Shown: positions 9,753-21,659, counted from the first letter of the stretch. The stretch: DNA of 64,000 nucleotides from an uncultured SAR324 cluster bacterium (GCA_905182865.1 CAJJCY010000002.1:131040-195039), one strand, 5' to 3'. A program made the numbers and translations. Notes: generated by a model not told the origin, from the sequence alone.

Positions 9753-11336
9753 GTGACAAAAATGTTCCAAAGTTTACGCCATAAAATTATTCTGGTTGCA
9801 GCAGTTTGTGCATCAATAACCTTGTTAGGTTTTGTTGCCCTGTACTGGCTTACATTGGAACAGCATCAGTCTTTGGACAGACACCGTGATCTCCCTGCAG
9901 TTTCCCTTAAGTGGTTTTCTCTGAATAATGCAGTCCATAAAGCCTCACTGGCACAAAAGGCCTGGATCGACAGTGGATATTTAAAGTTTCTCAAAGAACG
10001 CGACCTTACATGGAAAGTTGATATTCATCCGGCCTTTAAGCAACTCAACCTGCTTTACAAAAAAGTACGTGTCTGGGAAGGAGAACGATCAGTTGAGAGA
10101 CGCGTTTTTTATGATTTGCGGTTGATGATTTTATCCCTTGAAAATCTGCAAAAAAATACAAGCGATCCGGAACAAAAACTTACTCAGGAAGATGCACAGA
10201 TTATCTGGACAGACAAGGAGTCGCCTTTGGTACAAAACATCAGCAGTCAGGTAGAAATCTTGATTCGCTGGCAAACCGATTTTGCGCGTCAGCAGGAATC
10301 TGAATTGCGGCAAGGTTTGTCAGGACTTGGAATCTGGATCTGGGTCGTTGCTTCTGTTGTTTTGCTTCTGGTTTTGGGATTAGCCGTTTTTTTTGCAAAC
10401 CGGATCACTGCTCCACTTAGAAAATTACGGGGTGCTGCCCATCAGTTAATCCAGGATCAGTTCCACAAGCCTGCTGAAAAATCGATTGAAGTCGAGGGTA
10501 AACCAGATAGGTTTACTGAAAACAAGGATGAAGTTAAAACGTTGACAGAAGTTTTTCAAAAAATGGAGTCCGTCATCCGTGAACGTACTGAATTACTGGA
10601 ATCCTCAAATCGTCAGCTTGATCAAGCCAGCCGAGCCAAAGGTATGTACCTCACCAACATGTCTCATGAGTTGCGTACTCCGCTTAATGCTATAATCGGC
10701 TTTGCGGAAGTCTTGCTTGAATCAGCAAAAGAGGAACCACTTTCGGATTATCAGATTGACAGACTTAGTAGAATTTTAAAAAGCGGGCAACATCTTTTGG
10801 AACTGATTAATTCATTGCTCAATCTATCCAAAATAGAAGCAGGCCAGATGCAAATATTTAATTCAGAGTTTCAGTTGGAAAATTTGCTGCAGGAAGTGAT
10901 GGGATCGCTGGAACCACTTCTACAGGAAAAATCTCTTAAGCATGAACTCGTTTTTCACTCTGACACACCAATTAAGCTTTATTCTGATTCCGGAAAGGTC
11001 CGGCAGGTACTGATTAATCTTCTGGGAAATGCCATTAAATTTACTGAATCCGGGGGTCATATCAAAGTCAGTAGCATTCATGATGTAAATGGAGTTTCAA
11101 TTGAAATTCAGGACACAGGTTGCGGAATTACCGTAGATCAGCAGCAGCAAATATTTGAAGTCTTCCATCAAGTCAACTCATCCGGAACACTCAAGGGGAC
11201 AGGTCTTGGACTTGCACTCGTGCAAAGTTTAATGAAATTGCTTGGAGGTTCAGTTTCATTAAAAAGCAACTACGGTAAGGGGAGTACGTTTACGCTGTAC
11301 TTACCAGCATCCAGCAGACTTAGACATGAATCCTGA
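9753..11336 (+). CDS. sensor histidine kinase (membrane-anchored, HAMP + HisKA + HATPase_c)
   Basis: H-box MSHELRTPLNAIIGF, N-box LINLLGNAIKFT, G-boxes DTGCGI and GTGLGLALV. Two hydrophobic segments bracket a ~170-aa extracytoplasmic region. No adjacent response regulator. Confidence 0.85.
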   Translation: MTKMFQSLRHKIILVAAVCASITLLGFVALYWLTLEQHQSLDRHRDLPAVSLKWFSLNNAVHKASLAQKAWIDSGYLKFLKERDLTWKVDIHPAFKQLNLLYKKVRVWEGERSVERRVFYDLRLMILSLENLQKNTSDPEQKLTQEDAQIIWTDKESPLVQNISSQVEILIRWQTDFARQQESELRQGLSGLGIWIWVVASVVLLLVLGLAVFFANRITAPLRKLRGAAHQLIQDQFHKPAEKSIEVEGKPDRFTENKDEVKTLTEVFQKMESVIRERTELLESSNRQLDQASRAKGMYLTNMSHELRTPLNAIIGFAEVLLESAKEEPLSDYQIDRLSRILKSGQHLLELINSLLNLSKIEAGQMQIFNSEFQLENLLQEVMGSLEPLLQEKSLKHELVFHSDTPIKLYSDSGKVRQVLINLLGNAIKFTESGGHIKVSSIHDVNGVSIEIQDTGCGITVDQQQQIFEVFHQVNSSGTLKGTGLGLALVQSLMKLLGGSVSLKSNYGKGSTFTLYLPASSRLRHES

Positions 11337-11351
11337 AACTTATATTACTAC

Positions 11352-12252
11352 TTGAATAATTTTATTAAATCTCAGAATACCGAAGCACAAATTGGAATCG
11401 GATATGCCCTGTTGGCTTTTAGCGCATGGGGCTTTATTCCCATTTACTGGAAATTACTCAACACTGTTCCATCCATGGAAATATTAACCCACCGCATGGT
11501 TTGGTCGGTGTTTTTTCTATTAGGTCTATTGGCGGTACAGAAACGTTTAGGAGAATTCCGTGAATTATTTCATTCTCCAAAATATATTCTTTATGTTGCT
11601 TGGAACTGCTACACTGTTAGGAGGTAACTGGTTTGTTTACATTTATGGAGTGAACACAAATCAGGTAATTGAAACAAGTTTAGGTTATTTCATCAGTCCA
11701 CTACTGGTAATCCTGTTGGGTGCTGTCTTTTTGAGAGAACGTTTAAATATTTGGCAAGTAGTTGCGGTGGGTTTTGCTGCTTTAGGAGTCTTGAATTTTA
11801 TATGGAATTTTGGTTCACTACCATGGATTGCACTTTCTTTAGCATTCACCTTTTCTTTTTACGGATTATTCCGTAAAATGATTCCTGTTAAACCTTTGGT
11901 AGGACTCTTGATGGAAACAGCTCTACTTGCACCTCTGGCAGCTGTTTTAATAGCGTTTTGGGAAGTTGATGGAACTGGACATTTTGGAACTACATGGATG
12001 ACGGATTTTTTATTATTTGGTGGAGGTGTTGTAACTTCGCTGCCACTATTGTGGTTCATCAATGCAGGCAAACGTCTTCGTTATTCAACTATAGGTTTTA
12101 TTCAATATTTGACTCCATCTATCCAACTCTTAATTGGTGTGTATCTTTACCATGAACCTTTCACGCCAACTCACAGCATCACGTTTGGACTGATTTGGGC
12201 CGGTTTGGTGATATTTTCAATCAATTCTCTATTCGTACAGAGTCCTTCATAA
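11352..12252 (+). CDS. rarD: EamA/RarD family permease, frame-disrupted
   Basis: ORF 11352-11627 (GIGYALLAFSAWGFIPIYWKLL) and ORF 11560-12252 are consecutive parts of a 10-TM EamA protein. The frames differ by 1, with the shift at about 11570-11625. Confidence 0.75.
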
Positions 12253-12261
12253 ATTAATGCT

Positions 12262-12441
12262 ATGAAAATATTTTATTTTGAACTAATTGGACTGATTTGT
12301 TTCTTCATTTCGGGGATTTTTTTTATTGTGGCAGGCATCCGCAGCGGAGATTATCTTTCCACTATTGGAAGTATAGTTTGGACCTTTGCCTGTGTACTCT
12401 GGCTGTTTCCGGTACTCTCCAGGAGGAATACTGAACGTTAG
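12262..12441 (+). CDS. possible small two-TM membrane protein (59 aa)
   Basis: Hand-translated ATG 12262 to TAG 12439-12441: MKIFYFELIGLICFFISGIFFIVAGIRSGDYLSTIGSIVWTFACVLWLFPVLSRRNTER. It falls below the ORF-track cut-off. It has two hydrophobic helices but no homology evidence. Confidence 0.3.
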   Translation: MKIFYFELIGLICFFISGIFFIVAGIRSGDYLSTIGSIVWTFACVLWLFPVLSRRNTER

Positions 12442-12470
12442 AGAGTCCCTTCACAGGCTGTTTTTCACTC

Positions 12471-13814
12471 TTACTTGTTTTCCAGGTATGATTCCATGGA
12501 ATCATCCATAGCTTCCAGCCAGGGAGTATGATGGACTGGCTGCATATTCCCGGTAATCAAGGAGCGGTAGGCATGGTTCCGGAAACCCATAATGTCCTCA
12601 TGCTTTTGGTGTTCCCATTCCATGAAGGTCTTATTTACTCCCTCCACATCAAAACTCGGATAGTCCGTTTCGGAGATTAACTCTTTCACATAATCTCCCT
12701 GGAACCAGATCATCTGTTCATCGTTCTCAAGTTTTTCTTCCCGCTCTCTCCAGGCCTGACTGTGGCTTCTCATCTCCTCTTTTGAGGGCAAATTGATGCG
12801 TCCCAGCATGTAATCTCTTGTGTACCAGGCCTGTGCGTCAAACATGTTAAAAGTGTAGAACTGATCCTGCATTCCTAGGAACATCAGTTTTGGATTGTCT
12901 TCCCAAAATACACCTTTATAGAGGTTCAAAGGCCAGAGGCGGTTATCCGTTTTCAAGCGCAGACTATCCGGAAGAAAAGGGAAGTAATGCAGATAGCCCG
13001 TACACATAATGATCGCGTCAATCTCCTTACTTGAGCCATCCTTAAAGGTACATGTATTTTTATCAACCTTCTTCAGCAGAGGGACTTCTTCCCAGTTATC
13101 CGGCCAGTGAAATCCCATCGGACCGGTTCGATAACTGCAGGTAATGGACTTTGCACCATATTTATAACATTGGGAACCGATGTCTTCTGCAGAATAACTG
13201 GTGCCGATGAGCAAGAGATTTTTTCCCTTAAATTCAAGGGCATCCCGAAAGTCATGTGCGTGTAGCACACGACCGTTGAAAGTTTCTATTCCATCAAAAC
13301 TTGGCACATTCGGCGTAGTAAAATGCCCTGAAGCCACCACCACATTATCAAATTCCTCAGAGTAAACAGTGTCGTCCACTAGATTTTGTGCAGTTAAGGT
13401 AAAGCGGCCTGACTTTACTGAATAATAAACCTCACGGATTGTGGTACGAAAACGGATTTGCTTCCTGACATCGGCTTTTTCAACACGCCCTATGATATAG
13501 TCGAAAAGAACTTCTCGTGGAGGATATGAAGCAATAGTGCGTCCAAAATGTTCTTCAAAGGAGTAATCCGCAAATTCCAAACACTCCTTTGGGCCGTTTG
13601 ACCACAGATAGCGGTACATGCTGGAATGAACCGGTTCTGCATATTCATCAAGTCCGGTACGCCAGGTATAATTCCACAGTCCCCCCCAGTCTTCCTGCCG
13701 TTCAAAACATACAATTTCCGGAACTTCAGCGCCTTTTTCTGCAGCCGATTGAAAAGACCTTAATTGTGCTAAACCGCTGGGTCCCGCACCAATAACTGCA
13801 ACTCGCTTATTCAT
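12471..13814 (-). CDS. tmm: trimethylamine monooxygenase (bacterial flavin-containing monooxygenase)
   Basis: 447 aa. FAD site GAGPSG at the N-terminus, FMO motif [16 protein letters not shown] site GTSYSAED. Length and the conserved C-terminal region fit bacterial Tmm. Its position next to an OpuA-type transporter in an island that also carries tdm supports the call. Confidence 0.85.
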   Translation of the reverse strand: MNKRVAVIGAGPSGLAQLRSFQSAAEKGAEVPEIVCFERQEDWGGLWNYTWRTGLDEYAEPVHSSMYRYLWSNGPKECLEFADYSFEEHFGRTIASYPPREVLFDYIIGRVEKADVRKQIRFRTTIREVYYSVKSGRFTLTAQNLVDDTVYSEEFDNVVVASGHFTTPNVPSFDGIETFNGRVLHAHDFRDALEFKGKNLLLIGTSYSAEDIGSQCYKYGAKSITCSYRTGPMGFHWPDNWEEVPLLKKVDKNTCTFKDGSSKEIDAIIMCTGYLHYFPFLPDSLRLKTDNRLWPLNLYKGVFWEDNPKLMFLGMQDQFYTFNMFDAQAWYTRDYMLGRINLPSKEEMRSHSQAWREREEKLENDEQMIWFQGDYVKELISETDYPSFDVEGVNKTFMEWEHQKHEDIMGFRNHAYRSLITGNMQPVHHTPWLEAMDDSMESYLENK

Positions 13815-14135
13815 AACAATTTCTGTTAAGGTTAATGATCGAAATACTTACAATTCTAACTAAATGAATTTAATTTACTACCACACCGCAGAGCAGAGTT
13901 GAATGAAGTGACACTTTTGTGAATTGTGCACCAATTCTCTAATACTAACCTGCTGGCCCCCTGCCAATTATTTTTATTGTTTTGTCTTTCAAGTACATCT
14001 CCGGATTGGCAACCTTTATCACAACTCCCAAAGCTAGAGAATTCCATAGGGCATTCCTGCTACTCCTCTCTCCCAGATAGAATTACATTGAATCGTCCAA
14101 TCCTTCCAGCCACAGAAAAGATTAGAAGGGTAGTT

Positions 14136-16215
14136 TTAGCTAATATCTAAAATTTGTTTTCTTTCGTTTGCCCAAGTTCGTATCACTTGATCAGCGGCCA
14201 AACCAATGAAAGCCACACACAGGCCCAGTGTTAATCCATTGCCTATGCCAATTTTATCGGATAAAGCTTTCAAAATAAATTGTCCAAGATCATCAGTACC
14301 AATCATTGCGCCAATGATGATCATGGATAACGCAAACACGACGGTTTGATTAACGCCCAACGCCATGTGTGGAAAAGACATGGGCAATTCAATTTTTATC
14401 CATCTTTGCAGTCGATTGACACCTGACATTGAGCCCGCATCATGGAGATCTGGTGGCACACTGCGCAGTCCTAACACAGTATAACGGGTAGCAGGAACCG
14501 TGGCATAGACAATAACTGCGATTAATACGGAGGTATCGGTTACGCCAAAAAGCATAATCACGGGAATCAAATATATAAAGGATGGAAAAGTTTGAAACGT
14601 ATCACAAACCAATAAAATGAATTTTGCGGTATACGAATTTTGCGCACATAAAGTTCCCACCGTAACGCCAATAATGGATGACACAATGACTGCAAAGCTC
14701 ATTAAGTACATGCCGTAATTAGAGCCCTATCCCACCATTCTGTAAGTGCAATAAACAGTAAGAATCCACCGACAGTTAGGGCAGTGCGAATACCACCAAC
14801 AATAAATCCTACGCCCATTACCAGGGTAAATGTGGCGGCTACAGGCATGGCCAAAAAAGCAGCTTTAACTGGCATCAATACAGAAAGAATTAACCATTCG
14901 TTAAAGACTTTGAGGGCGAAGAAGTAGGTGTCCCATATCCAGTCAACACCGGACTGCAAGAATATGGCGATGGAAATGCCTTTGTTGTGCGGCACAATGT
15001 AAAGGTAATTGAAACCTTTTGGAAAAATGAATTGACCCACATATGCTAAGCCTAGTGCTATCATGAAAAGTGCTGCAAACACGAGAGAATACTTGTGCTT
15101 CTCGATAAAAGACAGACTGGAAAATAATCCGTTTGTTTGTTTGCCCAAGCAAGAGACATTCGATCTAAAACCACCGCGATCAGCACAATACAAATACCTT
15201 GTTCTATTGCCTGCCCAATTCTGAGCCCATTCAGTGAAAGCAATAAATTGAAACCCAAACCCTTAGCACCAATTAATGATGCTACCACGACCATAGCCAA
15301 ACACTGCATAATCACTTGGTTGACACCAATTAAAATATCTCGACTTGCTGTTGGAATTAATACTTTAGACATCAATTGCCAATTACTACATCCACTCATC
15401 CTGCCTGCTTCAATAACTTCTGGAGACACCCTTTTAAGTCCCAACACTGTCAGACGCACCATCGGGGGGGTGGCAAAAATAATGGTCGCAATAGCACCCG
15501 CATGATCTCCAATTCCAAAAAATACCATCACCGGCACCAAATAAGAAAATTGCGGCACGATCTGCATGACGTTAAGGAAAGGATTCAGTGTTAGTTCGAC
15601 TTTCCGATTTTTGTACGCCCAGATACCCAGAGATAAGCCTAAAATAAAAGAAACTGGCGCTGCGAACAGAACTAATGAGAGCGTTTGCATGGACGGCTCC
15701 CATTGACCGAAAACAGCAATGTATATGGTCGAAAAGCCTGCCAGCATCGCAAGGCCTTTGCCCTGGAGCTTATAGCCTAAAAGGATTGCGCCGCTGGCAA
15801 CTACCGTCCAGGGCAATGCGGGCCAACGGGCCCACTTGTTTTCACTAACAAAATCCCAGCTAGTAAAAATAACGATCGTTTTAACCCCGCCCAAAATAAT
15901 TTCGCGAATTAACCCAATTATAAAAAGGATGCTCGCCGAGATGGCTCTCGTCACTTGTTGTATTAACGGTTTTTCCTCAAATTCTTCAATCTCTGGGTCA
16001 TAGACCTCAATCGGCCACCAATCGAACATCAAGTACTCGGCCGAGTCATTAATCAGGTATGGAAGACCTGCAATCAGTGAAGGGAAACGCCACAAAAAAT
16101 TATTTTCAGAAGGTGTAATAAATTGACATAGTAATAAAAAGACAACTAACAAAAAGATAAATTGTAATAATTTAGAATGTTTTGACGAGTAATCCATAAT
16201 TTTATGATTAATCAT
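14136..16215 (-). pseudogene. OpuA/ProW-type ABC permease locus with two transmembrane permease modules, at least 2 frame disruptions
   Basis: Fragments are 15061-16215, 14702-15193 and 14136-14711. Each module has the binding-protein-dependent permease EAA-type region (..RVSPEVIEAGRMSGCSNWQ.. and ..SVPPDLHDAGSMSGVNRLQ..). The tail of fragment 1 (DYFPVCLLSRSTSILSCLQHFS) looks out of frame relative to the continuing frame (NGLFSSLSFIEKHKYSLVFAALFMIALG). This suggests either one fused double permease or two overlapping genes. Confidence 0.7.
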
Positions 16216-16365
16216 AATTTAACTTTTGAAATACCTGTGAGTGTCAAGTGATTCGTGTAAATAATTTTCTTACCTCATAAATGAACTCCCTTTTCTCTGA
16301 TCCTAAATGGAGTCCTTGAGGTAAAAGATAAAGGGGGTGCCCTATTTTAATTTTACCTTATAAAA

Positions 16366-17556
16366 TTAAAATAGGATATCTCTCATCTGTCTCGATATCA
16401 GGTAAGCTGCCATAACCGACAGCGTACTACTTGCTGCCGCCGCTAACAGAGCTAACGTGTAGTCACCCGTGACATCGTAAAGCAATCCCGCTAACCACGG
16501 CCCAGCCAATCCTGCGAGTCCCCATGCGGTGAACACCCGCCCGTAGATTTGTGATGAGGATTTTTCACCAAAAATTTTAATCACTGCTACAGGATACACA
16601 GCGATGATTGAACCGTAACTAAATCCGACTAACACCAGCGATATTAATAACACAAACGCATTGGAACTGGCAACCGCCACCATTAATACCAGTACAGACA
16701 TCAGCGGTTGCAGGATGAGCAAAGTGCTGATGCGAATTCGATCCGATAATACACCAGCTGCTAGCCCACCTAACATGTTCCCAAGCGCAATCACCATTGC
16801 ACCGCCTATTGCGAGTGCAGCGCTACCACCAGCAGACACCACGATGCCAGTGGCATGGCCAATCACCATTAAACCGGCTAATGCACCACTGCCATAACCC
16901 AGCCACAACAGAAGTTGAATGTTAACGTTGGGCGAGATTATTGATGGTTCACTCGTAATCTCTCGCTTGAAACAAGCTCCAGCTCGATGCAACAATGCCC
17001 AGGCGATAAGTCCCGCAATCAGAAAAATAAAACCAGAAGTAGTCATGGCAACAGCCACACCACCATGTGTCAGACCATAATTAAAAATATATGGCGCAAT
17101 CGTTGCCCCGAAAGCATAAAACGCAGTCACGGTGCCCATCGCTACCCCTCGCTTCTTTGGCATCGCCTGCGCTGATATTTGCAACGCGAAGCCGTATCCT
17201 ACTCCGTTGGCACTACCGAAAATCACGCTGTACCCTAGCACCATCACCCAAAACGTTTGTGATTGTCCCGCAATTATTATCCCGATGGCCGCAACAACAC
17301 AGGTTATCAGCGCAAGCAGAGGTGCCGATACCATTGGATAGATTCGGTGGCCGAGCAAAACACTGATTGTCAAGCAAATAAGCGCACCGGAATAAATCAG
17401 ACTAATTTCCGCACGGCCGGCCTGCAACTGGCTTTCCAGCGGCTGCAAAAAAACTGAAAATGCATGAATAGACCCAAGTACGGTTGTTACTGTAATGCCA
17501 GCAAGCAGTGTCAAAAGAGGTGATGAATTGATTGCCTGTTCCTTCATGACTTTCAA
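16366..17556 (-). CDS. MFS transporter (oxalate/formate-antiporter-like subfamily)
   Basis: Intact 396-aa ORF with about 12 hydrophobic segments and an OFA-like N-terminus (GSIHAFSVFLQPLE). Sampled lines are about 53-58% GC, versus about 33-42% in the flanking ABC genes. Confidence 0.7.
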   Translation of the reverse strand: MKVMKEQAINSSPLLTLLAGITVTTVLGSIHAFSVFLQPLESQLQAGRAEISLIYSGALICLTISVLLGHRIYPMVSAPLLALITCVVAAIGIIIAGQSQTFWVMVLGYSVIFGSANGVGYGFALQISAQAMPKKRGVAMGTVTAFYAFGATIAPYIFNYGLTHGGVAVAMTTSGFIFLIAGLIAWALLHRAGACFKREITSEPSIISPNVNIQLLLWLGYGSGALAGLMVIGHATGIVVSAGGSAALAIGGAMVIALGNMLGGLAAGVLSDRIRISTLLILQPLMSVLVLMVAVASSNAFVLLISLVLVGFSYGSIIAVYPVAVIKIFGEKSSSQIYGRVFTAWGLAGLAGPWLAGLLYDVTGDYTLALLAAAASSTLSVMAAYLISRQMRDILF

Positions 17557-17710
17557 GAGTCCTTATGGCCGCTGCCTTGACACTATTTATAATCTCATCG
17601 ACTTCTTCGAAATTTATTTTTTCATTCATCGCGGCGTAGTTGGAATAGGAAAACATAATGGTCGCTTAGTGGCACTCCCCCTTCTGTTTGAGAGCTGATA
17701 TAAGCTGGAT

Positions 17711-18769
17711 TTATTTAAGAGGTCCTCGACTTCCAAATAATACCTTAATCACGTGTGACCGATGTACTACTCCAACAACTTTGTTATTAGAATCTATAAC
17801 CGCAACTGGTTTTTGTTGATTCAGCACTACTTCCGCAACTGTTTCGATTATTGCGTCTTTAGAGACTTGTAGATCACTTAGCTCCTCTGAGCTATCAATC
17901 GGATCCATCACAGATTCAATTTTAAGTACCTTTTCTCTTGGTACCTCTTTGGTAAATTTTCGAACATACTCAGTGGCAGGATTAAGAACGATGTTGGCGG
18001 GTGTATCTAATTGCTCGATAATCCCCTCTTTCATTATGGCAATACGGTCAGCAAGTCTTAATGCCTCATCAAAATCATGAGTAACAAACAAAATAGTTTT
18101 GTTCAAAACACCCTGTAGCCTCAAAAATTCATCTTGCATTTCTTTACGAATCAGAGGATCTAAAGCCGAAAACGGTTCATCTAAAAACCAAATATCAGGT
18201 TCTACAGCTAATGATCTTGCAATCCCTACACGTTGCTGCTGACCACCAGATAATTGCTCTTGGAAAATAATTTTCTCTTCCTTCAAGACCAACAAGCTTC
18301 ACCATCTCCATAGCTCTTTTGATGCTCATCTTGTTGTACTATTACCTTTCATCTGTAAGGGGAAAGCAATATTTTCTAATACTGTTTTGTGAGGTAATAA
18401 GGCAAAGCTCTGAAAGACCATGCCCATTTTGTTGCGCCGAAGTTCAATAAGCTTTTTATTGCTCATAGCCAACAAGTCTTGACCATCTATATAAATATTC
18501 CCGAAGTAGCGATCCGTTCATCTAGATATACATCGAAGCAGAGTTGATTTGCCTGAGCCCGACAGACCCATGACAACGAGTATTTCACCTTTATACACTT
18601 CAAAGGAGGCGTTGTTCACTCCAACAACGCAGCCAGCATCCTTGAATATTTTAGCATCAACTCGCCCATTGGACTTTAGCAATTTCTTAGCATTCTCACC
18701 AAAAACTTTGTAAACTGAAGCACATTTGATAACGGGTTTGGCCCCATTTTTAATAGCTTGCGAAGTCAT
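17711..18769 (-). pseudogene. glycine betaine/proline-type ABC transporter ATP-binding protein (ProV/OpuAA-like, C-terminal CBS domains), about 4 frame disruptions
   Basis: The N-terminal fragment 18518-18769 has Walker A GLSGSGKST. The C-terminal fragment 17711-18295 has LSGGQQQRVGIARSL, Walker B FLDEPFSALD and a CBS-like tail. Hand translation of 18296-18517 recovers LDERIATSG / NIYIDGQDLLAMSNKKLIELRRNKMGMVFQSFALLPHKTVLENIAFPLQMKG / KRAMEMVKLVGLEGRENNFP, spread over alternating frames as two compensating indel pairs. Confidence 0.8.
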
Positions 18770-18933
18770 TATTTTTTCCTATTGAGCGTCCGAGGCTGTA
18801 TACTTTGTTTTAAGATCAAGCTTACTCAAACAAGTGTGCTTCAATTAATTAGCAAGTCTCATGTGGGAACTAAACCACAACTCAAAGCGTTGGGTCCTGC
18901 AACCCCTTTCAGCGTTGCAGGACGTTTTAAACC

Positions 18934-19878
18934 TTACTCAGTGAAAGGCTTCCAAACATCTTCATGCGCAGCTAGCCATGCTTTTGCAGCATCTTGGTGG
19001 CTCATTTTGTCTATATCAACCAACGCAGCCATTTGGCCAATGTCTGTTGAGGTAAACGAAATTTTGCTGAATGCAGTGTACGCAGCAGGGTGTGTTTTCG
19101 GGAACTTATAGTTAGCGGCTTTCTTCAACCAACCTTTTGGTGAACCACATGCTACCGTCACCACCATCCTCTACTCGACAGCCATCAGAAGTACTCTGGG
19201 AATTCGATAAAGACAAACCTTCAGCATCCGTAAAGTTTGGCGTCCAGTTGAAGATGATAGTACCACGACCTTCTTTTTTTGCAGATTCAAGTTCTGCCCA
19301 TAAGTGCATCAGCGACACCAGCAAACTTAACCATGTATTTATCATCAAGCCTAGACCAGCTCAAACGCTCTGGCATTTGTCGCCATGCCAGCTTTGAGGA
19401 CCTTCTAGCCAACGACCTTTGCCACCAGAATCTGCAGTTGCAAAAACTTCTGGACAGTTTTTCAAAGCTTCCCAATTTGGTAAGCCTGGGCATAGATTGT
19501 CATCAATTACGTATTGAGGAACACCCATTTCTTCAAGGTCATTGCTGCATGGTTACCTGCATCAATAATTCCACCTTTTGCCATTGCATTATAAAATGAT
19601 TCGCCAAAAGTAGACTGCCAGACTTCATGCGATATGGTTACATCTCCATTACGGATAGCCTCATAAACTGCTTGAGTGTCTGCAGGAACATATTCAACAT
19701 TGTTACCCATGCTTTCAAAAATTCCACCAATAACGTAAGCCATTACAACTTGACTTGACCAGTTATGTGTTGGAATTACAATGGGAGAACTGCTGTCAGC
19801 AGCACTAATTGAGCCCGCGCTGAATGCGAGTATGATGCCTGCGACAATGGCACCAACTGTTCTTTTGATTGTATACAT
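18934..19878 (-). pseudogene. OpuAC/ProX-type periplasmic substrate-binding protein (glycine betaine / choline / TMAO class), at least 3 frame disruptions
   Basis: Fragment 19507-19878 has a signal peptide plus SPIVIPTHNWSSQVVMAYVIGGIFESMG. Further pieces lie in ORFs 19287-19493, 19112-19348 and 18934-19167 (..GSPKGWLKKAANYKFPKTHPAAY..MSHQDAAKAWLAAHEDVWKPFTE), each in a different frame. Confidence 0.7.
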
Positions 19879-20164
19879 TTCTTCTCCTTATTACTTAGAT
19901 TTAGATTTAATTAACCATCATCTCAATCAGACGGAAAATTTTTTAACAATTACTAATTACACCTGATCATAGTAAATTATCCTCCTTTAATAAATTAGGT
20001 AACTAAGAAGATTCGGAATTCAAAGAAATCCATGAAATTGCACTGACCCCTCACCCTATTCTACATTAAGAAACTATAAGGATACTCTGCGTACAGTTCT
20101 GCTTTGAACTTTATATATATATATAAATTATGTCAAGGTTTAATTTATTTTTTAAATTTTTTAC

Positions 20165-20193
20165 TTGACACAAATTTTGCATCCCAGTATATT
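20165..20193 (+). promoter_or_regulatory. candidate sigma70-type promoter upstream of amt
   Basis: TTGACA (20165-20170), a 17-nt spacer, then TATATT (20188-20193), preceded by an A/T tract. The sequence TTTACTTGACA..ATTTT..CA is shared with the site upstream of tdm (35485-35516). Confidence 0.4.
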
Positions 20194-20311
20194 TCTTTAA
20201 TTGTAACACAATTCAGTGTTGCATTATAAGAAGCACCGATAGTGATTTTATTCTGTAAGTGGCTTTGAAATAACTTTCTGTGTTTTAACCAAAAAGTAAA
20301 TTGGAGGTTAT

Positions 20312-21637
20312 ATGGGTTATGATATGACTATGGAGATCTCAGCTCTTAACGAAATATTCGTGGAGTTTTATTACTGGATCACTGTGCCTTTAATGTTCCT
20401 GATTCACGTCGGCTTCTGTTTGTACGAAGTCAGCATATCAAGAGCAAAGAATCATATGCATACATTGATGAAGAACGCGATGCTGGTTCCGGTGGTTACG
20501 GTCACGTTTTTCTTATTCGGTTTCTGGATTTGGTTCGCGGGTCAAGGTCCTTTTGGTGATTTCGCCGGCGGAACAACCGGCTTGCCATGGGATGCAACTA
20601 TGGGTGCAAACGTTAAGGATCACATCATGGGTGTATTCTGGGCTGCGTTCCTGCTGTTTTCGTGGACTGCGGCTTCCATTGTTTCTGGTGCAGTGATTGA
20701 ACGTATTCGCACCGGTGCCTTCCTCATTCTGGCTGTTTTAGTTGGTTCCGTAACTTGGATGATTGATGCGGCATGGGGTTGGAGTCCAGCCGGATGGATG
20801 GTTACTGATTGGGGCTATCACGATGCATATGCTTCTGGTGTTATTCATGGCATCTGCGGAGGAGCAGCACTTGGTATCCTGACTGTGTTGGGACCACGCA
20901 TAGGCAAATTTGCTCCCGACGGCACGCCCAGGGACATACCTCCAAATAATCCGTGGTTTGCAGTCATTGGCCTGTTCATCATCTATACAGGTTTCTGGGG
21001 CTTCTATGCGGCCTGCAACTTACCAATTGGTAATGTCAATGGCGTTTGGACAGCCACCACGATTTACGGTACTCCAACAACATTGAGTACAATAACGTTC
21101 AACTTCCTCATGTCCCTTGCGGGTGGCATGCTGGCTGGATACTTTATGTCCAAGGGAGATTCTTTCTGGACCTTTTCCGGAGGACTGGGTGGAATCATTG
21201 CGGCTTCAGCCGGAAATGACCTCTATCATCCACTGCAAGCTTTCCTGATTGGAATTGCTGGGGTTTGCATCGCTTACAAACTCCACTTCTGGGTCGAGCG
21301 CAAGTTCAAGATTGACGATGCCGTTGGTGCCGTTGCGGTACATGGATATGCCGGATCTTTCGGAGTGATAGTTTGTGGATTCATGCTCTGGGGCTACCCT
21401 GCAGTACTTGACGGTTCAGCTACGATTAACCCGTTGGGACAAATCGGCGGCGCGATCATGATGTTTTTTGTGCTGGGCTTCATCCCGACCTTTATCGTCG
21501 CAAAAGTTTTGAATGCCATGGGGATTCTTAGGATTCCACATAAGGTTGAGTTGGCAGGACTGGATTATGTTGAAGAACAAACCAGGGCTGCGGACAGTCA
21601 GGCGATTGTTGATGCAGAATTAGCAGAAGCTAAATAA
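20312..21637 (+). CDS. amt: ammonium/methylammonium transporter (Amt/MEP family)
   Basis: 441 aa with about 11 TM segments and Amt-type conserved blocks (..AVHGYAGSFGVIVCG..). A GGAGG RBS lies 5 nt upstream of the ATG. Confidence 0.85.
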   Translation: MGYDMTMEISALNEIFVEFYYWITVPLMFLIHVGFCLYEVSISRAKNHMHTLMKNAMLVPVVTVTFFLFGFWIWFAGQGPFGDFAGGTTGLPWDATMGANVKDHIMGVFWAAFLLFSWTAASIVSGAVIERIRTGAFLILAVLVGSVTWMIDAAWGWSPAGWMVTDWGYHDAYASGVIHGICGGAALGILTVLGPRIGKFAPDGTPRDIPPNNPWFAVIGLFIIYTGFWGFYAACNLPIGNVNGVWTATTIYGTPTTLSTITFNFLMSLAGGMLAGYFMSKGDSFWTFSGGLGGIIAASAGNDLYHPLQAFLIGIAGVCIAYKLHFWVERKFKIDDAVGAVAVHGYAGSFGVIVCGFMLWGYPAVLDGSATINPLGQIGGAIMMFFVLGFIPTFIVAKVLNAMGILRIPHKVELAGLDYVEEQTRAADSQAIVDAELAEAK

Positions 21638-21659
21638 TTATTCCTTTTATAATCTTTTA

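Noticed and set aside
15061-15064. Two-gene interpretation of the permease locus: an ATGA stop/start overlap at 15061-15064 giving a second permease that starts at MIALGLAYVG
   Set aside because: That start would cut a predicted TM helix (YSLVFAALFMIALGLAYVG) in half. The tail of the first ORF also looks like an out-of-frame read-through. A frameshift within a fused double permease, or an earlier overlapping start, fits better, but I cannot exclude the two-gene version.
20112-20125. (TA)7 microsatellite upstream of the amt promoter
   Set aside because: A short AT dinucleotide run in an AT-rich spacer. There is no evidence of function. It could matter for phase variation only if its length varies between reads.
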